From assembly GCA_035221665.1 (NCBI GenBank), contig CM069160.1:2976001-3040000 (forward strand): a stretch of DNA of 64,000 nucleotides. Reading direction: 5' to 3'. The notes under the pieces are model-generated. The model saw only the letters and a program-made list of their open reading frames with translations, was not told the origin of the DNA and did not search any database. The position numbers and the translations under genes are program-made. Below are positions 26,365 to 39,194 of the stretch, in pieces. Each line of letters begins with the position of its first letter. Positions within the stretch are counted from its first letter, which is position 1. This DNA comes from Okamejei kenojei. Lineage: Eukaryota.

Positions 26365-27278
26365 TCACTTAATGCAGTTGGTTACTGTGGCAACAAGAAC
26401 CATGGGCCATTTGATCACGTTTTTCAGTTCCTCTCTGAATTTTCTCTGGGATACTGCATAAATAAAGGTGTTCGTGCAAGAACTCAAAGACTTCAGCATG
26501 TACCCTGATAACTCAGCAATAGTGAAGGGGTCATTGTAACTTGCATCCAAAAATTGCGTGTCAGTAAATTGCACACATATGTAACATATTAAATTAACCA
26601 TCCACAAGAGAATAAAGCTGCCAGATATGGCAAGGAGCAAAACGATGGATTTTCTGCGGTTCTCCATCTCTGGGTCAGTGTGCTTCGCAGTACTGTTGTT
26701 TGCACGTAGTCCGCTCCTCACTCGATTAGCCAGTATAATGTGTCTGATGGTCAGGGAATTAAGCAGCAAGATCAACACATAGGGCGCAAATGGGCTCAAA
26801 ATCGTTTCCAGCCACAGAAATGCCGCCCAAAAGGGTAATGTGTAGAAGCTTGATTTTACATAGCAGGACCACTCAACGCCATTAAGTACCTCCCGAGGTT
26901 CGTATATAAAATAGTACGGAATGTTTTCCACAATACTAGCAGAAAACACCACCGCTATCACGATAGTCACATTCTTTTCAGTACAATATTTTGTTCGTAG
27001 CATTTGATGGCAAATCGCAATAAATCGGTCGAAAGTAAAAGCCACAGTGAGCCACACTGAACAGTCCATGGAAATAAAAATCATGGTTAAAATAAATCTG
27101 CACATAATTGTGAGATTGAAGAAGGAATGTGGAAAATATGCATTAATAATCTGATATAAAACGACAACAAATATAATAACCATCAGGTCAGCGACAGCCA
27201 TTCCCAGCAGGTAACGAGTGACGCATTTGGAGAGACCGCACTTTCCTCGGAACAAGATGACGATTGCCAACAAATTTG
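26365..27278 (-). CDS. GPR139/GPR142-like class A GPCR, exon 2 (TM1 end to TM7 and C-tail)
   Basis: Open 914-nt exon after acceptor ttttatgcag|ca; motifs MAVADL, TFDRFIAIC, ECL2 Cys, DPEMENRRKSIVLL, SSCTNTFIY, KFREEL. Confidence 0.95.
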
Positions 27279-28699
27279 CTGCATAAAACAAATGTATATT
27301 AATAATGATATTTGATATGAGACCCCCAATAGTGATGTTTCATTATCTGGATTAGAACTTATTGCACAATAGTTATCTGATAGTTTTAGTTAAACATCGG
27401 TTGCAATTGTGTCCGTTCGCTTAACTCCGACTAGTGTGTCTGGTCTTTGCAGTGCTGAAGTCAGGATGCAGCTGTAGATCAGACACGTCTACGCTGCAGA
27501 ACCCAGAACCATGCATTGAGCGGGAGGTTGATCTCGCTGAACTGTGCTTTATGCGAAACATGACTGGCATATATATATATAACGCGGCTACATTCATTTG
27601 CAAGGTGGTCGCCCACCCTGGTTTAATGTAAATAATGTTGTTGCCTTTTCTCTTCATTCTAAAGATTTGAAATAATGTATCATTTGGATATAACTGAGAG
27701 AAATACATTAATTTATCCTTGTTTTTTATCGTTTACCTTGATTGTTTAAAATATTGGAATTATTCTAGCTTATTGATTTCCATGCATACCCTTGAAAGGA
27801 AGGAGTTGCCTCTTGGTGACTATATTAAGTAGGAACTCATGATTCATTATTTGGGATTTTGTCACGGCCACTGCAACGCTCCACTTTAAACGACTAACGC
27901 TATAGTGATGTCTAGAGCTCGACTCGACTCACGTCGGCAGAAATAATGAGTAAAAATGCAGACAGGCAGCTCGACGGTTGCGGGTTCAGGGCAATTTTGC
28001 CAAACCAAGTATCATCCGACTTATTATTACTTACCATTACGTCCGCATAGAGTAGGTACTTTGCAATTTTGTCTCCAGAGAGTTCTTTATATTTATAATA
28101 TTGATTTAAAATAGTACAGAGCACCAGCAGGTCGTTCACCCCTAAATGACTGTCTCCGTTCAGAAAATCTTCTCTGCCAGGTCGAGATCAATATCCCTCC
28201 ATTCCCCGCCGACCCATTTACCTACAATAAACCTCATATGCTTCCACCATCATCTTGTCAGCGCGTCCCAGTGACCCATCACCCTCTGTATAAAATAAGA
28301 TGCCCTGCACATCTCTTTTCAACTTTCACCATCTGCCCTTAAATCCTTGCCCGCTTGTGTTTGAGAGAGAAAAAGGTTCTGACTCTCCAACCGATCTCCG
28401 CCTTTCATCATCTCCAACCCATCTCCACCTCTCATTTACTTCGAAATCTATAGTTCATTACATTCGCTGGAGGCTCCTGGAATTCACCGCCAGCTTCCTG
28501 AAAAGGATCGGTCAGTTCGTCTCTGATTATGACCCTATTCGTTACACAACACATGCCAGGACCAAACTGGAGATCATGTTCAAAGCATCTTGTATCACCC
28601 AACACCGCAGAAAGCCCTTCTACGCTAATGGACTAACTACTAAATGATCCAAAATGCCCAATGCGCAAAGGTTTATTATGGGTGGGCTTAGATCAGTCT

Positions 28700-29005
28700 A
28701 GTTTTATTTACTTTAGTTTAGGTTAAAGAAACAGCCAGGAAACAAGCCCTTCGTCCCACCAAGTTCGCACCGACCAGCGATCCCTGCACATCAACAATAT
28801 CCTACACTGGGGGAAATATACACTTACAGCAAGCCAATTAATCTACATACCTGCACGTCCTTGGAGTACGTGCTGAAACCGAAGATCTCGGAGAAAATAC
28901 ACGCGGTCTCGGGGAGAACATACAAACTCCGTACAGACTGCAGCTGTACCCAGGATCGAAACCGGGTCTGCGGCGCTGCAAGTGCTGTGCCACCGTACCA
29001 CCCCG
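28700..29005 (-). mobile_element. SINE (HE1-like, CR1-related tail)
   Basis: aattaatctacatacctgcacgtccttggag...aaactccgtacagac...ggatcgaaaccgggtc (B-box-like)...tgtgccaccgt. Confidence 0.65.
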
Positions 29006-29538
29006 TCCCTTCACCTCTGGCCATCAATAAAGAAAATCGCCTGTGACCTCATATTACCGACCATGGTCAGCCCTGCCCCTTTTTAGGGGGTTTGGGTTGA
29101 AGTGAAACTGGGGTAACAGAGACCTGGTGTGAACGGGTGATGGATGGTTGGGTGAACTGGGAAGGCGGAAGGACATGTTTCCATATTGTATATATAAACA
29201 ATAATTGCTAGAAATGTTATCATATTTAATTGGAACACATGAAAAACAACTAGAAAGGTATAAGACTCTAAGGATAAAGGGCAAGCAATTTTAACCGGTG
29301 ATTAACTTTATACATTGTCACTGTTGTTGAATTTTTCGTGCAAGTTATATATGTTAGCCATCACCGCCAGTACCGTGTCTGAGGTGACTTTGGGTTCAAA
29401 CGTCTCATTGGTTAATTTCAAAGAAAGATACAAAATTCTGTAGTAACTCAGCGGGGCAGTTAGTATCTCTGGAGAACATTGATAAGTGACGTGTTGTGTC
29501 ACTTCAGTCTGATTACAGCGGTGGACGAGATGGGGAGT

Positions 29539-29569
<31 letters not shown>

Positions 29570-29887
29570 GGGGAGGGTGGCTAGAGATGGTTTGAGAGCA
29601 GCTGCAAAAGAAACAATCATTTGCAGTGATTTTCTAGTTCAACCCAAAACCCCCCAAACAGCCAGCGGTCAGGCTAACTTGTCTGTAATTCCGCATTTTT
29701 CTCTCTCGCTCTTTTCTTGAAAGTGGGGTGACATTAGGTTACTGAATCTCCAATCCACAGGTACTGATCCCTGGGCCACCTCCTCTATCATGCCTTCTCA
29801 CTGAATGCCAAAATTCCATTGGATGAAAAAGAGGAGGACATGTGTACAATTATGTTAATAGATAGGATCGATCTTGTATAGGTCATC

Positions 29888-31360
29888 TAGAAACATAGAA
29901 ACATAGAAAATAGGTGCAGGAGTCAGCCATTCGGCCCTTCAGCCTGCACCGCCATTCATTATGATCATGACTGATCATCCAAATCAGTATCCTGTACCTC
30001 CCTTCTCTTCATACCCCCTGATCCCTTTAGCCACAAGGGCCACATCTAACTCCCTCTTAAATATAGCCAATGAATTGGCCTCAACTACCTTCTGTGGCAG
30101 AGAATTCCAGAGACTCACCACTCTCTGCGTGAAAAAATGTTTTCCTCATCTCGATCCTAAAGGAATTCCCCCTTATCCTTAGACAGTGACCCCTTGTTCT
30201 GGACCTCCATAACATCGGGAACAATCTTCCTGTATCTAGCCTATCCAACCCCTTAAGAATTTTGTAAGTTTCTATAAGATCCCTCCTCAGTCTTCTAAAT
30301 TCTAGCGAGTACAAGCCAAGTCTATCCAGTCTTTCCTCATATGAAAGTCCTGACATCCCACGAATCAGTCTAGTGAACCTTCCCTGTACTCCCTCTATGG
30401 CAAGAATGTCTTTCTTTAGATTTGGTGACCAAAACTGTACGCAATACTCCAGGTGTGGTCTCACCAAAACCCTGTACAACTGCAGTAGAACCTCCCTGCT
30501 CCTTTACACAAATACTTTCGCTATGAATGCTAACATACCATTTGATTTCTTCACTGCCTGCTGCACCTGCATGCCTACTTTCAATGGTTGGTGTACCACG
30601 ACACCCAGGTCTCGTTGCATCTCCCCTTTTCGTAATTTGCCTCCATTCAGATAATAGTCTACCCTCCTGTTTTTGACACCAAAGTGGATAACCTCACATT
30701 TATACACATTATACTGCATCTGCCATGCATTTGCCCACTCACCCAGCCTATCCAAGTCACCTTGCAGCCTCTTAGCATCCTCCTCACACCTAACACTGCC
30801 CCCCAGCTTCGTGTCATCCGCAGACTTGGAGATGTAGCATTCAATTTCCTCGTCCAAATCATTAATATATATTGTAAATAGCTGGGGTCCCACAACTGAG
30901 CCTCGCGGTACCCCGCTAGTCACTGCCTGCCATTCTGAAAAGGACCCGTTTACTCCTTTGCTTCCTGTCTGCCAACCAGTTCTCTATCCGGATCAATACT
31001 GAACCCCCAATACCGTGTGCTTTAAGTCTGTATACTAATCTCTTATGTGGGACCTTGTCGAAAGCCTTCTAAAACTCTAAATATGACACATCTACTGGTT
31101 CTCCCTTATCCACTCTACTAGTTACATCCTCGAAAAATTCTCTAAGATTCGTCAGCCGTGATTTACCTTTCTTAAATCCATGCTGACTTTGTCCAACGAT
31201 TTCACCACTTTCCAAATGTACTGCCATCTTATCTTTAATAACTGACGCTAGCAGTTTCCCCACTATCGATGTTAGACTAACTGGTCTGTAATTCCCCGTT
31301 TTCTCTCTCCCTCCTTTTTTTTAAAAGTGGGATTACATTAGCTACTCTCCAATCCTCTAA
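29888..31360 (-). mobile_element. CR1 LINE ORF2 RT region and 3' end
   Basis: [52 protein letters not shown]; (agaaacat)n tail. Confidence 0.95.
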
Positions 31361-31649
31361 TCTGGGTATGATCTTGATGTGCAGCATGGTGGACCGGGGC
31401 ACATCCTTGTTACTGCTGAATGTAAAGTGGGCAATCAGATAACTCTGCTGGTAGTTTGACAAGTTCTTGAGTTTTAGGTACGTGCAGATTAATAAACGTG
31501 CGCATGATGCAATATAAATGTATCATAGGTGACGGAATATCCATTATTTCCATTGAAACAAGTACAGTGTTAGTCTGAAGAAGGGTATCGAGCCGAAACG
31601 TCTTTCAAAAGGTGATGATTTGAGAACAGGAGTAATTAGGTCCTTCCGC

Positions 31650-32117
31650 ATTTGCACAGGGCCCTAGTGAGACCACATCAGGAGTATTGTGTGAAGTTTT
31701 GGTCTCCTAATTTGAAGAAGGATATCCCCGCTATTGAGGCGGTGCACCGTAGATTCACAAGGTTAATTCCTGGGATGGCGGGATTGTCATATGAGGAAAG
31801 ATTGGAAAGAGTGTGCCTGTATTCACTGGAATTTAGAAGTATGAGAAGGGATCTTATAGAAACGTACAACATTAAAAAAAGGACTGGACAGGCTAGATGC
31901 AGGTAAAAATGGCACAATGTTGGTGGAGTCCAGAACCAGGTGCCACGGTCCACGAATAAAGGAGAGGTCATTTAAAACTGAGATGAGAAAAAAACGTTTT
32001 CACCCTGAGAGTTGTGAATTTGTGGAATTCTCTCCAACAGAAAGCAGTGGAGACCAATTCACTAGATGGTCTCCTCCTGCACCTATTTTAAATGTTTCTA
32101 TGCTGCTATGTTTCTAT
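31650..32117 (+). mobile_element. CR1 LINE 3' fragment
   Basis: ALVRPHQEYCVKFWSP, RTRCHGPRIK. Confidence 0.9.
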
Positions 32118-32465
32118 GTCAACCGTTCTATCTCTCCAGAGATGCAGCCTGCTTTCCTGAGTTACTGAAGCTTTTTGTGTGAGGACACACATTCCCTGTC
32201 CCCGAGTCCCGGCAGGTATATCTTAGGAGTGGGTGTCTTGCCGACAAACAAACCATTAACATTAATTTCCCACATAACAAACCAGACGTGTCTATTTCTA
32301 TTATGACACCGAGCTCAATTTGATCAATTCAACACAACGGGAAAACAGATGTGAATTCATTTGAAATTCGACATTGACGCCATCAAAAGCAATACATCCA
32401 GTTAATAGACAAGCGCATTAAACTTGCTCGTAATAACAAGTTTTACCTAGTTTTAAATAGCTTAC

Positions 32466-32535
32466 CAGGTACACCAATTGCTCCAAGAATGGGGTAGTAA
32501 ATTCTTTCAATCTGTAAAATTATGGGTCTCTCCAT
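32466..32535 (-). CDS. GPR139/GPR142-like GPCR, coding exon 1 (MERPIILQIERIYYPILGAIGVP + G)
   Basis: ATG at 32535; donor CCT G|GTAAG; phase 1 matches exon 2 (G+CA = Ala); spliced CDS 984 nt = 327 aa + stop; intron ~5.2 kb. Confidence 0.9.
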
Positions 32536-32595
32536 CTTTTGAGGAATGATATCCTGTTCCGCCCGGTAATATGCCTGGACCCCAAAATAATGCCT

Positions 32596-32611
32596 TATAT
32601 ATATTTATATA
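32596..32611 (-). promoter_or_regulatory. Candidate TATA box of the GPCR gene
   Basis: Minus strand TATATAAATATATATAA ~60-75 nt upstream of the ATG. Confidence 0.5.
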
Positions 32612-33649
32612 GAAGAAGCCTCTGGTGACACGTGTATACCACGTGATTGCATCAATTAACTGTAGACTTTGCAACAAATCGGTTAACTTGAGTCCCAGCT
32701 GCTGCAACTCATCAGGGGTATGATTCATTCCAAGTAAAATATTTCAACATCAATGAGGACGTTTATATTTAGATCCACGTTAGAATGAACTGAAGCAAGA
32801 ATTTGCGCCCCTGTGGTTGCCTTTCAGCTTGACAAAATCCAGGATACTTAGCATTTTCTGGGGCAGTTTTGCATTTGGTATTAATTTTATTTGAAATCCA
32901 CCCAAAATGTATCCAAATTACTTAGCTAGAAACATAAAAAATAGGTGCCTGAGTAGGCCATTCGGCCCGTCGAGCAGCACCGCCATTCAATATTATCACG
33001 GATGATCATCCAAAATCAATATTCTGTTCCTGCTTCCTCCCCAAATTCCTAGATTCCGTTAGCCCAAATGGTTATATCGAACTCTCTCTTGAACACACCC
33101 AGTGAAATGGCCTCCATTGCCTTCTGTGGCAGGGAATTCCACAGATTCACAAATCTCTGGATGAAAACGCTTTTCTTCATCTCAGCTCTAAATGGCCTAC
33201 CCCCTATTCTTATTCTGTGACCCCCTAGTTCAGGACTCCCCCAAATGGGATCATTTTACCTGCATCTATCCTGTCCAATCCCTTACAAATGTTTTATCTA
33301 TATTACTAAAATTCTGATCTTGACCGCTTTTGGCTCGCTGTGCTGTGATTTCCGAGAGAACCAGTCATTTTTGGCCACCTCGCTCATAGCCCCCCTCTGC
33401 CTTCCTGGACCGGAGTACTTTTCCCATCGATGAAAAATCAGAGAGATATTAATGTTTTTAAATGTTTTGCCATGCTCTCTGCTGCCCCTGCTGGTGGGAG
33501 GGGGAGGGACTATAATACCCGGAAGTGATGTGCCTCACGCAGTCTCTGCAAGGTGGAGGAAGAATTAGGGTCACGTCTCTCTGAATAACACGAAACACAT
33601 GTCTACTCAACAGTGAGTGCCGGTAATGTGGTTTGAAAATGAAAATATG

Positions 33650-34900
33650 GTTGGTTTGAAATAAAAATGCACTGCAAATGGCTGTTTGGGGGGTTTTGGG
33701 TAGAAATAAAAATGCACTGCAAATGGCTGTTTGGGTGGGGGTTTGGGTTGAAGTAGAAATGCACTGCAAATGGCTGTTTGGGGGGTTTAGGATGAAGTGA
33801 AAATGCACTGTAAATGGCTGTTTGGGGGTTTTGGGTTGAAGTAGAAATGCACTGGAAATTGCTGTTTGGGGGGGGTTTGGGTTTAAGTAGACATGCACTG
33901 TAAATGGCTGTTTGGAGGGTTTTGGGTTGAAGAAATGGACAGCAAATGGCTGTTTGGGGGTTTTGTGTTCAATTGGAAATGCACTGCAAATGGCTGTTTG
34001 GGAGGTTTGGGTTGAAGTAGAAATGCACTGCACATGGCTGTTTGGGCGGTTTTGGGTTCAAATAAAAATGCACTGTAAATGCCTGTTGGGGGGGGGGGGT
34101 TCCGTTGAAGTAGAAATGCACTGCAAATGGCTGTTTGGGGGGGTTTGGGTTGAAGAAGTAATGCACTGCAAATGGCTGTTTGGGGGGTTTGGGATGCAGT
34201 GAAAATGCAGTGCTAATGGCTGTTTGGGGGGTTTGGGATGAAGTGAAAATGCACTGCAAATGGCTGTTTGGGGGGGGGGGTTGGGTTGAAGTAAAAATGC
34301 ACTGCAAATGGCTGTTTGGGGGGGTTTGGGTTGAAGTAAAAATTCACTGCAAATGGCTGTTAGGGGGGGTTTGGGTTGAAGTAGAAATGCACTGCAAATG
34401 GCTGTTTGGGGGTTTGGGTTGAAGTAAAAATGCACTGCAAATGGCTGTTTTGGGGGTTTTGGGCTGAAGTGAAAATGCTCTGCAAATGGTTGTTTTGGGG
34501 GTTTTGGGTTGAAGTGAAAATGCTCTGCAAATGGCTGTTTTTTGGGGGGGTTGGCTTGAAGTGAAAATTCACTGCAAATGGCTGTTTGGGAGGTTTGTGT
34601 TGGAGTGAAAATGCACTGCAAATGGCTGTTTGGTGGTTTTTGGGTTGAAGTGAAAATGCACTGCAAATGGCTGTTTGGGGTGATTTGGGTTGAAGTGAAA
34701 ACGCTCTGCAAATGGCTGTTGGGGGGTGTGTTCAAGTGAAAATGCACTGCAAATGGCTTTTCGGGGGGTTTGGGTTGGAGCGAAAATGCACTGCAAATGG
34801 CTGTTTGGGCGGTTTTGGGTTGAAGTGAAAATGCACTGCAAATGGCTGTTGGGGGGGGGGGGTTGTTGAAGTGAAAATTCACTGCAAATGGCTGTTTGGC
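33650..34900. repeat. ~43-46 bp tandem repeat (gggttgaagtraaaatgcactgcaaatggctgtttgggggttt)n
   Basis: Roughly 28 copies seen directly. Confidence 0.95.
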
Positions 34901-35289
34901 TAAACTTGACAATTTCCTGTTTGCACTATATTGATTTTAGATATAATGCTACCACTTACGGTTCTGATTTTTGCCCATCTTACTGAGTCCCCCACCGCTC
35001 CTCTGGTGCAGAGGATTCTTCCCATCAATGAATAATAGAAGTGTTATTAGTGTTTAAATAATGTTGAGAATCTCTCTCCTGCGAATCACGCCATGAAGGC
35101 CACACCTTTTCCGATGGGAGGGGGCGGGATTATAAAACCCGGAAGCGTGGGTGTGGCTCACTCTATGCATGATGGGGGAGGGAGAGGTCACGACTCTGTC
35201 TGAGCTGTGAATCAACTGAACACACTAAATGTCTACTGAACTGTGAGTGTGGTGTTTTGTGTGGTTTTATGGTGGTTTTATGGTGGTTA

Positions 35290-35645
35290 TACCCTGCTTG
35301 AAATGGTATGAAACTGCATTTAAATGTGGTGGCCTTTCACCCTGCATGAAATGGTATGAAACTGCATTTGAATATGTGTCGTTGCACCCTGTATGAAATG
35401 ATATGAAACTACATTTGAATTTGGTGGCCTTGCACCCTCCTTGAAATGGTATGAAACAGCACTTGAATTTGGTGGCCTAGCACCATGCTTGAAGTGGTAG
35501 GAAACTGAACCTGAATTTGATGACTTTGCACCCTGTTTGAAGTGGTATGGAACTGCAATTGAATTTTGTGGCCTTGCACCCTGCTTGAAATTGGAGGAAA
35601 ATGGATTTGAATTTCGTGGCCTTGCACTCTGCATGAATTTGAATT
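35290..35645. repeat. ~48 bp tandem repeat (ttgcaccctgcttgaaatggtatgaaactgcatttgaatttggtggcc)n
   Basis: About 7 diverged copies. Confidence 0.85.
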
Positions 35646-36589
35646 TCAAGGAATAGCCGTGAGTCAACTGCCAGCCCACCAGCTGTGAGTGAGCTGCCAG
35701 CACATCATGCTTGAGGGACTGAGCTGCCACCCAAAGAATCCATTTCGCCCGCGAGGTCCATACTAGCCCTCTGGAGACCAGTAGTCCCTACAGCCAACAG
35801 CACCCATACCAGCGCTCCAGAAAGACACACCCCCCCCCTCCACTGACCACCAATATTGGAATTGGTGGAGAGGTGGAATATTGTGTCGGGCGATCAGCCC
35901 TCCCGTGTGAAGATGGGACCCAACGGATCCCACTTAGTCTACTGTTTCTCTAGAATCCCCTCTCATGCTTCTAAATTCCAGTAAACATAAGCCCATCTTA
36001 TCGATCCGTTCTTTCTTTATGCCAGTCCCGCCATCCCGGGAATTAACCCTGTGAACCTGCGCTGCACTCCCACAATACCAATAATGTGCTTCCTCAAATT
36101 CGCGGACCACAATTGCGCACAATACTCGAGGTGTGGTCTCACCAGCACCCTGTACAATAGATAGAAATTAACAGGCAGAACTTGAATTCTCTAAATTTAT
36201 TATACATTATTCAAGATATTTTATCAGGCGTCTTCACTCGATTTCAGCCGGTGATGTTTATGCCTATTCGTCGTTATCTTATTTACACAGTACTACACTA
36301 CTGCAGATAGGAATTGTTTTTCACCTCGAACAACTTTGCTGTAGAATGACACATGTTGTAAATCTGAATTGGGACATCGAATCAAAATGCAGTTATTTAG
36401 TCATATCTGGGTCGTGCTCAATGCATTGTTGATCAGAGCTGGCAATAGAACTGCTCTTGTAAATCGCGAGAGCACCCACTGGCTCGCTGAAATGGCAAGT
36501 GACCACCGTGCTATATTTTTGTAGGATAATTTCTGCTTTTCAGTCAGTTAAGAAATAAATGGAGCATGTTTAACAATGCACCACGAAGC

Positions 36590-37300
36590 AAATTATTCAG
36601 AAATAGAGACTGTGTTGGAGCAGTTCAGTGGGTCAGAGAGCATATCTGGAGAACATGAATACGTGGCATTTAGGGTCGTGACCTTTTTCAGACATTGCAG
36701 TATGTGCGGGGGGGTGGGGGGGGGGGGGGGGGGGGAGGCGGTGAAGCTGGAAGAGACGTGTTACGGGGCAAAGCCGGACAAATGACATGTGTATACAGCG
36801 TCACCGTAGTTTGGATTGGTAGATGATTGCACAAAGGACAGAGATGAAAACCCAAACATTGAAAGACAAAGATAAAAGGGAAGGGGATATTTTGCACATC
36901 ACGCAGCCAGTGTTAGACAGATGTGTTGCATCACGACCGTATTCAGCAACGTGAACCCCAGTCATCTCATATTTCGCCTGGGCTGCTTACAACCCAGTGG
37001 TATGAATATTAATCTATCTAACTTCAAGTAACCCCTGCATTTGTTCTCTCGCCATCCCTCCCCCACCCAAGTCACACTAGTTTCTCGCTTTCGCATCATA
37101 AATAGCTAACAATGGCATAGTTGTTTAGCATATATTTCATTCATTTGTTCTATATCTCTCTACATCACCGTCTACATCTCTCGTTTCCCTTTCCCAGGAC
37201 TCTCAGCCTGAAGAAGGGTAACGACCCGAAACGTCATGCATCCCGTCTCCAGAGATGCTGCCTTTCCGGCGGATTTACTTCTGCATTTTGTGTCAATATT
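36590..37300 (+). mobile_element. 5'-truncated Penelope-like element: inverted terminal repeat + GIY-YIG C-terminus + terminal repeat
   Basis: 36963-37031 encodes HLIFRLGCLQPSGMNINLSNFK*; the terminal repeat occurs inverted at ~36600-36700 and direct at ~37200-37300. Confidence 0.8.
37202..37240 (+). ncRNA. Minimal type I hammerhead ribozyme core in Penelope terminal repeat
   Basis: CTGAAGA (37208-14), stem II GGGT-AACG-ACCC, GAAAC-GTC with palindromic ACGT; stem I pairing is weak in this copy. Confidence 0.55.
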
Positions 37301-37444
37301 CGCCAAGGAGCGAAGGAGTTTATAGATAATCGCAAAGACTCTCTATTCCATTATTCCGTCTCCATTTCAAATTAGCCGGACTGAGCGGTGTGCCGAACCT
37401 ACATGGATTGATGTAAATATTTATATATGAAATTATTAACCAAT

Positions 37445-38685
37445 TCATATAACCATATAACCATATAACCATATAACATTACAGCACGGAGACAGGCCCT
37501 CCTCGGCCTTCCAGTCCGTGCCGACCATTTGTTTTCCCCTAGTCCCATCTACCTGCACTCAGACCATACCCCTACCCCTCCATTCCCCTTCAGGTCCATA
37601 TACCTATCCACTTTATACTTTTAAAAAAATGTTAAAATCGATCCTGCCTCCACCACCTCCCCCCCCCCCTGCTGGAAGCTCATTCCACACAGCCACCACC
37701 CTCTGAGTAAAGAAGTTCCCCCTCACGTTACTCCCTAAACTTCTGTCCCTTAATTTTTCATGTCATGCCCTCTTGTTTGAATCTTCCCCTGCCCTCAATG
37801 GGAAACAGGCTTATCCACGTCAACTCTGTCTATTCCTTTCATCATTTTAAAGACCTCAATCAATCCCCCCTTAACCTTCTGCGCTCCAAAGAAAAACGAC
37901 CTAACTTGTTCAACCTTTCTCTGTAACATAGTTGCTGGAACCCTGGCAACATCTAGTAAATCTCCTCTGTACTCTCTCTATTTTGTTGACATCCTTCCTA
38001 TAACTAGGCGACTAAAATTGTACACCATACTCCAGAATTGGTCTTACCAATGCCTTGTTACAATTTTAACATTACTTCCCTACTCCTATATTCAATGCTC
38101 TGATTTATAAAGGCCAAGCACACCAAAGGCTTTCTTTACCACCCCCTATCTACATGCTATTCCACCTTCAGGGAACTATGCAGTTATTCCTAGATCCCTC
38201 TGTTTTCCACAGCATTCCTCAAATCCCTACCATTTACCCCCGATGTACGTCCTATTTTTGATTTGGGTCCTGCCAATATGTAGCACTTCATAACACTTAA
38301 TCAGCATTAAACTCCATCTGCCATCTTTCAGCCCACTTTTCCAAATGGCCCAAATCTCTCTGTAGACTTTGAGAAACCTACTTCTTATCCACAATACCAC
38401 CTATCTTAGTATCATCTGCAATACTTACTTAGCCAATTTTCCACCCCATCATCCAGATCATTGATGTACATGACAAACAACAATGGACCCAACACAGATC
38501 CCTGAGGCACCGCCCACTGGTCACCGGCTTCCAACCTGACAAACAGCCATCCACCATTACTCTCTGACATCTCCCATTCAGCCGCTGTTGAATCCATCTT
38601 CTACTCCGCCATTAACGCCCAAAGATTTGAACTTCTGAACCAACCTTCCATGGGGAACCTTGTCAAATTCAACACAACGCTGGCT
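37445..38685 (-). mobile_element. CR1 LINE RT/3' end (different subfamily, (atataacc)n tail)
   Basis: [20 protein letters not shown]; tail repeats at 37447-37478. Confidence 0.9.
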
Positions 38686-38873
38686 TCTTATCCGTTCTGA
38701 AATATCTCCGAAATATCATTGTAAACGTGTTTTGTTTGTTATTCGTTTGGGCATCGCATGTAGCAATTGTAACAGTGGTAGCACTTGTAGCAGTGGCCAG
38801 CACAATATAGACATTCATAGACTATTTCGTATCCTTGTCATCACACTACGCTGCACACATATAAAAAAAAGGG

Positions 38874-38920
<47 letters not shown>

Positions 38921-38924
38921 AGCT

Positions 38925-39190
38925 CGCCGGCCGCCAGTAATTTCTGTCTCGAGAAAGAGACCGTGTTCCACGTGTGTATGGAGTGTGTGAGGTTGCTGCC
39001 CCTGTACGAATATCTGAAGTGGCTCTTCCTCAAGTTTCGGCTGTATCTTAGTCCCACAATCCTGGTATTTGGGCACAACGCACGGAGTGGGAAGGGCCGA
39101 TCAAGGGAAGGGTGGGGTCTCACTGTCAGTTTGCTCCTGGGCCTGACCAAGATGGCCTTTCGCGGGCCATGGCCGCGGGCGGTCGATGGT
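38925..39190 (+). mobile_element. Tx1/L1-like ORF2 C-terminal fragment next to a (GA)n microsatellite (38876-38913)
   Basis: NFCLEKETVFHVCMECVRL...LVFGH...LLLGLTKMA zinc-knuckle region. Confidence 0.7.
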
Positions 39191-39194
39191 CACA

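Larger units (their letters stand above)
33297..35942 (+). mobile_element. Non-autonomous Helitron carrying satellite arrays
   Basis: 5' TC(TATATTACTAAAA) after host A; 3' hairpin GGGACCCAACGGATCCC then acttagtCTAC (CTAG variant) before host T; no TSD. Confidence 0.8.
32927..36157 (-). mobile_element. CR1 3' fragment split by a Helitron (32927-33296 and 35943-36157)
   Basis: cccttacaaatgtttta | tgtttctctagaatcccctctcat rejoins into CR1 sequence like that at 30250-30300. Confidence 0.85.

Noticed and set aside
27279-27291. ORF-track start MFYA for the GPCR
   Set aside because: Intronic read-through upstream of the splice acceptor; the true start is in exon 1.
28029-28100. Possible alternative GPCR first exon (TATA-like run, ATG|GTAAGT on minus)
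   Set aside because: The ATG is phase 0 while exon 2 needs phase 1; the exon at 32466-32535 fits far better. A non-coding role cannot be excluded.
33458-34912. Repetitive ORFs and superficial CRISPR-like periodicity
   Set aside because: Head-to-tail satellite with no unique spacers, in a eukaryotic Helitron.
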